In this document: in pieces, positions 63,073 through 64,000 of the stretch
Position numbering within the stretch: the first letter of the stretch is position 1
Layout: every line of letters starts with the position of its first letter
Assembly: GCA_964016885.1 (NCBI GenBank)
Contig: OZ024754.1
Span: 38,068,001-38,132,000 of the forward strand
Reading direction: 5' to 3'
DNA: 64,000 nt
From: Eledone cirrhosa
Lineage: Eukaryota
Made by a program: the position numbers and the translations under genes
The notes under the pieces: generated by a model
The model's input: only the letters and a program-made list of their open reading frames with translations
What the model was told of the DNA's origin: nothing
The model's database searches: none

Positions 63073-63537
63073 ATTACTGCCAATCCACCGCCATATTGCC
63101 AATCCACCGCCATACTGCCAATCCACCGCCATATTGCCAATCCACCACCATACTGCCAATCCACCGCCATACTGCCAATCCACCGCCATACTGCCAATCC
63201 ACCGCCATACTGCCAATCCACCACCATTACTGCCAATCCACCGCCATATTGCCAATCCACCACCATACTGCCAATCCACCGCCATACTGCCAATCCACCG
63301 CCATATTGCCAATCCACCGCCATACTGCCAATCCACCACCATACTGCCAATCCACCGCCATACTGCCAATCCACCGCCATTACTGCCAATCCACCGCCAT
63401 ACTGCCAATCCACCGCCATACTGCCAATCCACCGCCATACTGCCAATCCACCGCCATATTGCCAATCCACCGCCATATTGCCAATCCACCGCCATACTGC
63501 CAATCCACTGCCAATCCACCGCCATACTGCCAATCCA
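63054..63537. repeat. 19-bp minisatellite (catactgccaatccaccgc), about 25 copies, derived from the SINE head
   Basis: The unit is the reverse complement of the SINE 5' end gcggtggattggcagtat (compare 27962-27979). Confidence 0.95.
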
Positions 63538-63799
63538 TATATACATAATGCAGTGATGACATAGTGCTGGTGTCACGACAAGAGCATGCTGTCCACCCTG
63601 TATGGTAGTAGTGCTGGAATCACGATAGAATATTCCTAGTACACAGTGTAAAGTAGTTGGTATTAGGGAGGGCATTCAGCTGCAGAAACCAAGCCAAGCA
63701 ATGTGTACGAGTAGAACCTAGTCACCTAACTGGTCTAGCCTCAGCATGTGATGCATGTAACCACGAAAAATAGATATTGAATAGTGATGATGATGATGA

Positions 63800-63840
<41 letters not shown>

Positions 63841-64000
63841 AACCAGTAAGACCCCGAATTAGCCGTCGAAACGGCTTGAGCTCAGCTGTCGGGGTCTTAC
63901 TGGTTCCTATTACCCACTCTACTACCTCAAGTATTGAGTACTTTGGTGCGTTATGGTCCACCTGGTTCCTTACCACATTTCCTTCGTTATATATATATAT

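Noticed and set aside
62991-63675. Overlapping long ORFs (ANPPPYCQST/WRWIGS) on both strands
   Set aside because: Products of the 19-bp SINE-head array.

Overview
Repeat-rich, AT-rich eukaryotic DNA. The SINE/LINE families and dense (TA)n/(CA)n tracts suggest an octopus or other coleoid cephalopod (inference). Two spliced genes face each other, and the ORF track catches only fragments of them. (1) A complete six-coding-exon Arpin gene (Arp2/3 inhibitor, 234 aa, + strand, 18195-42606). (2) The last six exons of an RNase T2 gene (- strand, 62062->51991); its CAS I exon and signal peptide lie beyond the window end. The RNase T2 ends in an extra tail that looks like a GPI-anchor signal, and its 3' UTR holds a ~90-bp inverted repeat. 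The rest is transposon-derived: stacked Tx1/L1 LINE 3' ends in (TCTA)n, many RTE and CR1 fragments, R4/Dong and CRE-like remnants, two tRNA-derived SINE families, a Helitron, piggyBac/hAT-type MITEs and large minisatellites. Several unrelated short elements in (TA)n tracts carry type I hammerhead-ribozyme folds of the kind known from Penelope-like elements. All folds and homologies were read by eye; no searches were run.
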